Shown here in pieces: positions 62,401 to 62,496 of a DNA stretch of 62,496 nucleotides. Origin of the DNA: Myxococcota bacterium (GTDB taxonomy: Bacteria; Myxococcota_A; Polyangia; Polyangiales; JBCCZL01); assembly GCA_039187775.1 (NCBI GenBank), contig JBCCZL010000001.1:1-62496 (forward strand), given 5' to 3'. The position numbers and the translations under genes were made by a program. Under the pieces are notes generated by a model. That model had not been told where the DNA came from. It saw nothing but the letters and a program-made list of their open reading frames with translations, and ran no database searches. The stretch's first letter is position 1; the number at the start of each line of letters is the position of its first letter.

Positions 62401-62496
62401 GGAGCGAACGGAAGCTGAATGTCCTTCGCGATTCGATGCTCTTCTTCCCATGGATCGGAGAGGATGTTGCGGCAGCACAGCTCGAGCATCTCGAGC
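59409..62496 (-). CDS. large hypothetical protein with FN3-like segments; N-terminus probably beyond the window
   Basis: Open from the window edge (in-frame ...LE before M at 62489). YRVTTVDPIGRRSAPL and WFYRVQASDAKGRTSV resemble FN3 G-strand endings. Confidence 0.8.
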   Translation of the reverse strand, partial: LEMLELCCRNILSDPWEEEHRIAKDIQLPFAPIHPSIGTVADARDLIGSRLIDGERVEFGEFERLFSAISDTRTLDVPLRSICQRHGQTSLGIETQVFGNAMALSLLPEWRRGLGFGYFDPADELTFNEAYDYRITGEFLSRDLHDVRHEFTAVPLGTSLPGLFRTGAVLWVPGRQTMVVSRTPPNGKAFETLHKGIRPRLLTLILPAPTRFLAVDLFGSVDVAFSHRGSTVHSVTLSPSGRTQLTSPALFDSVRIRGEMFISAVIEQPRVHGPTDVETREAVLRNVVFYDSPGPRTAERIEAGNLQNPVSAQREQHMAGFRVAIDPTDTPWPVDLPYAPPLDSAHFILERAGSDGAFRPYDSDAGLIVGARQLDLPTPSEGPGIDIERRFSSEHRPAAHSRWVEIDDTLQSIIKGKRANTPYGESFTYRVTTVDPIGRRSAPLDASPQRLEKHLPPPIPGGPIDRGADPRAGVRVRVLQRHDPRYPLDQEAFRRKFPRDAKTLDRRDVAIVLEWGWAAPAEDGEPPTERDRDPFVREFRIYFRANDYNSVGGRVLSTRRDGDFFEISVELEESVAENALVGQSIGLPHPFRIVSHGAGSRIAIRVDESTADDTAQPRAGSFRLSRSDRDGGGPPTSWDRRIAIQPIDDPRPMRTSYSLVLDGDLITIDADGPSIRGYLGVTAADDQRYVTDTISSGPLAGRWGNESYAASAPILAEYFGRPEVPSTELLEVDRRELRLLRGNDLRFEFRAEDWGPPGWVAGDVRIQRVSGDAIARRVRRVDVEAWVDTDTDESGVRIDDATPDLLDQIRRGRIEDLWLATIANRYELTSLWTTVYQGPLRPHIDSLPNVPGRWFYRVQASDAKGRTSVNAWLAPVAVVVPDRSRPLVPELSPLEALSDAEVNVQVTVDLLGANPQAPTILLFATEVTGATPPEVGARLLTVKNRADLDPSRTHRVRTDDGDLIVPVTLSPDGASTRRNEDRGVDQLVWDVPVTRRSDAEVQVWVASFRNGTTSTLIGPRRLPASGGA

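Overview
This is a GC-rich segment with strong third-position GC bias, so long antisense shadow ORFs are common. Gene content points to a myxobacterial chromosome: MYXO-CTERM-type tails, many lipobox lipoproteins, a eukaryote-like Ser/Thr kinase, a REC/DUF4388 protein and CDGxDNDCDG cysteine repeats. I support about 40 protein genes. I saw no rRNA, tRNA or CRISPR array. All family calls are by-eye motif recognition, not searches.

- **1-28 kb:** looks ordinary. It holds a Planctomycete-type CxxCH/DUF1501/DUF1588-like cluster, a translationally coupled kinase operon, PhoX, Dcp and an S1 protease. It also holds a LysR-controlled FAD-monooxygenase/DsbA pair, a SnoaL/TetR pair behind a perfect 16-bp inverted repeat, and a two-CxxCH cytochrome lipoprotein.
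- **28.3-40.6 kb:** looks accessory. It has lower-GC spacers and a private repeat family bracketing a beta-helix plus carboxylesterase pair. It also has tandem SD-like repeats with a leader uORF, degenerate gene fragments and an IS66 transposase relic.
- **40.8-47.5 kb:** one 2225-codon ORF combining vWA, about 24 CDGxDNDCDG repeats and an FGE-sulfatase domain. In its middle, a MYXO-CTERM-like tag is fused in frame to a lipoprotein signal peptide.
- **50.7-62.5 kb:** the most interesting part. Three giant ORFs (at least 1029, 915 and 1970 codons) are joined by start/stop overlaps and lack signal peptides. The only nameable motif is an asymmetric PLD-type HKD pair. This is a candidate undescribed system, and its 5' end runs off the window.
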